The translations under genes and the position numbers were made by a program. This document shows, piece after piece, positions 44,117 to 47,268 of a DNA stretch of 47,268 nucleotides (the first letter of the stretch is position 1; each line of letters starts with the position of its first letter). Origin of the DNA: Deltaproteobacteria bacterium. GTDB lineage: Bacteria > Desulfobacterota > Desulfobaccia > Desulfobaccales > 0-14-0-80-60-11. Below the pieces are notes generated by a model. It was not told the DNA's origin. It did not search any database and saw only the letters and a list, made by a program, of their open reading frames with translations. Location of the stretch: NCBI GenBank assembly GCA_030655955.1, contig JAUSOZ010000187.1, positions 1 to 47,268 on the forward strand, in the 5' to 3' direction.

Positions 44117-44551
44117 TTACTTTTTAGGATGTTCTGGTTTTTCCTGCTGCTCCATCATCTTCATCATGGGGCATGATTTCATCATGTCAGCCATTTTCTT
44201 TTGGTCTTCGGGGCTCATCTTGCCTTGGCTCATCTGTTCTTTCATCTTCATCATGGGGCATGATTTCATCATGTCGGCCATTTTCTTTTGGTCTTCAGGG
44301 CTCATCTTGCCTTCGCTCATCTGTTCCATCATCTTCGTCATGGGGCATGATTTCATCATGTCAGCCATTTTCTTTTGGTCTTCGGGGCTCATCTTGCCTT
44401 GGCCCATCTGTTCCATCATTTGGGGCATTTGCCCCTGCATCATCATACCTTGGCCCATTTTGCCTTGTCCGGCGCCAGGCGTTTGCGCCAGCGCCATTCC
44501 GGAAAAAGCGAGTAACACTACTACGAGAGTTGCCATGGTAAATCGTCTCAT
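44117..44551 (-). CDS. Secreted Met-rich protein with three 29-aa tandem repeats (144 aa)
   Basis: GGAGGA lies 6 nt before ATG 44551. The signal peptide is MRRFTMATLVVVLLAFSGMALA. By my count, the mature part has 32 Met in ~122 residues. The repeat unit is GKMSPEDQKKMADMMKSCPM(T/M)KM(M/K)EQMS. Confidence 0.75.
   Translation of the reverse strand: MRRFTMATLVVVLLAFSGMALAQTPGAGQGKMGQGMMMQGQMPQMMEQMGQGKMSPEDQKKMADMMKSCPMTKMMEQMSEGKMSPEDQKKMADMMKSCPMMKMKEQMSQGKMSPEDQKKMADMMKSCPMMKMMEQQEKPEHPKK
44147..44398. repeat. 87-bp tandem repeat, ~3 copies, in frame within the Met-rich gene
   Basis: TCATCATGGGGCATGATTTCATCATGTC recurs at 44161, 44248 and 44335 (TCGTCATGGGG in the third copy). Only a few substitutions separate the copies. 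Confidence 0.85.
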
Positions 44552-44614
44552 AATTTCCTCCAAGTTTAAATTAGGTAAATGTCCTATTGAGTTAGGCCAT
44601 TAAGTAAAAATTAA

Positions 44615-44821
44615 GAACCTCCGGAGTGCTTGTCAAGTTGCGCTAACGATGGTTTAGGGGGCCAGGTGCCGACGCCAGCTTCCATGATCTTGCTGGGTCC
44701 CGGCCTGCTAGCCTGGGTGGGATGGCGGCGCTTCAGGAGAAGCCAAGCCAGGGCTGGGGTGGACGCGGGCGTAAGGGGGCCTCCTCGCCCCAGCGACCTA
44801 TCGAAATACGCCAAAGCTTAA
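44615..44821 (+). pseudogene. Possible remnant of a PEP-CTERM sorting domain
   Basis: The frame open from 44615 reads ...GGQVPTPASMILLGPGLLAWVGWRRFRRSQ.... This is a PEP-like motif, a hydrophobic stretch and a basic cluster. No upstream protein body exists and 26 extra codons follow. Confidence 0.3.
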
Positions 44822-44891
44822 GTGAACAGCATTGCCCTTAAGCGGGGAGGGATAAGAGTAATTTTCGCTCACCGACCCAACCAGCGGATCA

Positions 44892-45851
44892 TCATCCGAA
44901 CCGGCCGGTGATGTACTCTTCCGTCTTTTTTTGCGAGGGGTTGGTAAAGATTTGCTGGGTTTCGCCAAACTCGATGATATGTCCCTGAAAGAAGAAGGCG
45001 GTGAAATCGGAGATCCGGGCGGCCTGCTGCATGTTGTGGGTGACAATGACGATGGAATAGCTGGCTTTGAGCCGGTTGATCAGTTCCTCGATCTTGGCGG
45101 TGGCGATGGGGTCGATAGCGGAGGTGGGTTCGTCCATGAGCAAGACTTCCGGCTCCACCGCCAGGGCCCGGGCGATGCACAACCGCTGCTGCTGCCCCCC
45201 GGAAAGCGCCGTACCCGGGCGGTGCAGGAAATCTTTCACTTCGTCCCACAAGGCGGCCCGGCTCAGGGCTTCCTCCACGCGATCCGCCATTTCGCCTTTT
45301 TTCATGGAATAATGCAGCTTCAGGCCGTAGGCCACATTATCGAAGACGCTCATGGGAAAGGGGGTGGGCTTCTGGAAGATCATGCCGATCTTGCGCCGCA
45401 GTTCCATGATGTCATAGTGGGGCTCGATGATATTGACGCCATCCAACAAGACTTCCCCGGTGGCCCGCTGGTCGCGGTAGAGTTGATAAATCCGGTTGTA
45501 AATCCGCAGATGGGTGGATTTGCCGCAACCGGAAGGGCCGATGATGGCGGTCACCCGGTGCTCGGCGATATCCAGGTTGTTGTCGAATAAGGCCTGGTTG
45601 TCGCCATAGAAAAAATTGAGCTGACGGGTGGCAACTTTACTGGTCAAACCCAGACGCGCCAGAAGCGCCTCGGATTCTATGCCGGTCTCGTCTTGACTGG
45701 CTGCTACCGGGAGTTTTTCAACTACCTGTATGGGAGTAGCCGGCTTGCCCTGGAGTTGGGGGCGCACCACCTCGCGGGGAGCAAGATTCGACTTACGTCT
45801 GAATGGGGTCAACCGCCCAATAAGGGGGAGCGTGAGATTATGGGATGACAT
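44892..45851 (-). CDS. pstB: Phosphate ABC transporter ATP-binding protein
   Basis: [18 protein letters not shown], Walker [37 protein letters not shown], and a C-terminal [14 protein letters not shown] lies 8 nt before ATG 45851. It carries a ~60-aa N-terminal extension relative to E. coli PstB. Confidence 0.9.
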   Translation of the reverse strand: MSSHNLTLPLIGRLTPFRRKSNLAPREVVRPQLQGKPATPIQVVEKLPVAASQDETGIESEALLARLGLTSKVATRQLNFFYGDNQALFDNNLDIAEHRVTAIIGPSGCGKSTHLRIYNRIYQLYRDQRATGEVLLDGVNIIEPHYDIMELRRKIGMIFQKPTPFPMSVFDNVAYGLKLHYSMKKGEMADRVEEALSRAALWDEVKDFLHRPGTALSGGQQQRLCIARALAVEPEVLLMDEPTSAIDPIATAKIEELINRLKASYSIVIVTHNMQQAARISDFTAFFFQGHIIEFGETQQIFTNPSQKKTEEYITGRFG

Positions 45852-45870
45852 GGTCAGGATCTCCGTTTAT

Positions 45871-46716
45871 TCAAACTTTTTTCTCCCGCAACAAAAAGCG
45901 TGCCGAGACCGTTAAGATGAGGACTCCAAAAGTAATCAGCAGCGAGGCCCCCCAGGCCTTCTGCTGCCAGTCCGGATAAGGCGACATGGCGTAATTGTAA
46001 ATCGTCACGGTGAGGTTGGGAGTGGGCTCATTCAAGGAGCCGAACCAGTAGGGGCTGTTGAGGGCGGTAAACAGCAACGGCGCAGTCTCCCCACTCACCC
46101 GGGCCACGGCCAGGAGGATGCCGGTGATGAGCCCGCTTTTGGCAGCCCGGAACACAATGGCCAGGGTGACTTTCCACCGCGGCGCCCCTAAAGCCAGGGC
46201 CGATTCCCGCAAGGTATTGGGCACCAGCCGCAGCATGTCTTCGGTGGTGCGGGTAATCACCGGCAGCATCAGGATGGCCAGGGCCAGGGCCCCGGCATAA
46301 CCGGAAAAGTGGCCCAGGGGCACCACCACCAGGGTATAGGCAAAGATCCCCACGATGATGGAAGGCATGCCCATGAGGACGTTGGCGGAAAAGCGGCTGT
46401 AGTCACCCACTTTGGAGTCGTCGCTGAATTCGGCCAGATAAATTCCGGCCATCAGCCCCACGGGAACGGCAATTACCGTGGCCACCGCGGTGAGCGCCAG
46501 GGTGCCGACGATGGCATTGGCCAGCCCGCCGCCCATGATCCCCGGCGGGGTGGGCAACTGGGTGAAAAACGCCAGATTGAGGGCTCCCAGGCCCCGGGCC
46601 AAAACCACGTAAAGGATCCAAAACAGGATCAAGATTCCCAGGAGCGCCGCAGCCCCGGCCCAAATACTCACCGCCAGGTTGGTGAGGCGGCGTCCGGTAG
46701 GCGGCCTTAGTTTCAT
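45871..46716 (-). CDS. pstA: Phosphate ABC transporter permease PstA
   Basis: A 281-aa protein with six TM segments and the EAA-like loop ESALALGAPRWKV. Its position between pstC and pstB fits. A 4-nt overlap links it to the upstream gene. Confidence 0.9.
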   Translation of the reverse strand: MKLRPPTGRRLTNLAVSIWAGAAALLGILILFWILYVVLARGLGALNLAFFTQLPTPPGIMGGGLANAIVGTLALTAVATVIAVPVGLMAGIYLAEFSDDSKVGDYSRFSANVLMGMPSIIVGIFAYTLVVVPLGHFSGYAGALALAILMLPVITRTTEDMLRLVPNTLRESALALGAPRWKVTLAIVFRAAKSGLITGILLAVARVSGETAPLLFTALNSPYWFGSLNEPTPNLTVTIYNYAMSPYPDWQQKAWGASLLITFGVLILTVSARFLLREKKV

Positions 46717-47268
46717 AACCCCACACTCCAGGCGCGGTACATACGGCGCAGCATCATCTGGGAAACCACCTGCACCAGATAGGTGATGATATAGAGCACC
46801 AACCCCAAGGCCACCAAAGAACCGACGTAGAGCGGTTCGGTGGCTTCACTGAATTCATTGGCCAGGGTGGAGGCGATGGTGTTGCCGGGGGCAAAGAGGG
46901 AAGCAGAAAGGCGGTGGGCGTTGCCGATGACAAAGGTGACTGCCATGGTCTCACCCAGGGCTCTGCCTAAACCCATGAACACCGCGCCGATGATGCCCAC
47001 CAGGCCGTAGGGGATGGTCACCTTATAGGTTACCTCCCAGGTGGTAGCCCCCATGCCGAAGGCCGATTCCTTGACGACCGGAGGCACCAATTGAAACACA
47101 TCCCGGGTGATGGCGCTGATGAAGGGCAGCACCATGAAGGCCAGGATGATCCCGGCGGTGAGCATGCCGATTCCCATGGGCGGACCTTGAAACAGGGGGA
47201 GAAATCCCAGCGTCTGGCCCATTAATGGCTGGACGTAGTGGGCCATAAAGGGGGCGAAGATAAATAGC
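46713..47268 (-). CDS. pstC: Phosphate ABC transporter permease PstC (5' end outside the window)
   Basis: The frame is open to the window edge (…LFIFAPFMAHYVQPLMG…). The permease loop is ESAFGMGATTWEV. The listed ATG at 47246 is probably internal. Confidence 0.85.
   Translation of the reverse strand, partial: LFIFAPFMAHYVQPLMGQTLGFLPLFQGPPMGIGMLTAGIILAFMVLPFISAITRDVFQLVPPVVKESAFGMGATTWEVTYKVTIPYGLVGIIGAVFMGLGRALGETMAVTFVIGNAHRLSASLFAPGNTIASTLANEFSEATEPLYVGSLVALGLVLYIITYLVQVVSQMMLRRMYRAWSVGL

Noticed and set aside
40866-44830. Calling the tmRNA-flanking cluster a bona fide integrative genomic island.
   Set aside because: I found no integrase or recombinase gene and no direct repeat of the tmRNA 3' end downstream. 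Only the position, the patchy lower GC and the PEP-CTERM remnant hint at insertion, so it is reported as a hypothesis only.

Overview
This is a high-GC chromosomal segment whose gene content looks like an anaerobic Desulfobacterota or deltaproteobacterium-type genome; that placement is inferred from gene content only. Most of the window is housekeeping. It holds a secreted L,D-transpeptidase, a GAF/HD-GYP protein, an OppDF-type ATPase pair, two tandem paralogous PAS histidine kinases, fabF, slyD, an acyl-CoA ligase and rsmA. It also holds pyrG-kdsA, a large secreted protein, an SSS transporter next to nagZ, rlmD, initiator tRNA-Met, tmRNA and pstCAB. A minus-strand shikimate/phenylalanine operon (38562 down to 30332) uses the archaeal-type entry enzymes ADH synthase and DHQ synthase II. 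Intergenic DNA is saturated with several families of short palindromic REP-like repeats. There is also a ~145-bp composite unit in three copies, a 211-bp foldback element with 19-bp terminal inverted repeats, and inverted GAAAAC heptamer arrays. Two things stand out. (1) A 27-codon leader ORF with the run FYFSYYYF is followed by mutually exclusive antiterminator and terminator helices in front of the shikimate operon, which is a textbook-geometry attenuator candidate. (2) A cluster of eight predicted small genes (two of them low-confidence) lies between tmRNA and pstB. It encodes very Met-rich secreted proteins with (M/L)(S/T)PxxQ motifs, a YHS-domain protein, tiny membrane peptides, and two paralogous 2-TM sensor-like proteins (HisKA-only and GAF+Cys4). 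It has no pump, ATPase or DNA-binding regulator. I saw no CRISPR array and no recognisable defence, toxin-antitoxin, transposase or integrase gene. Novelty of any item cannot be established without database searches. All family names come from motif recognition by eye.
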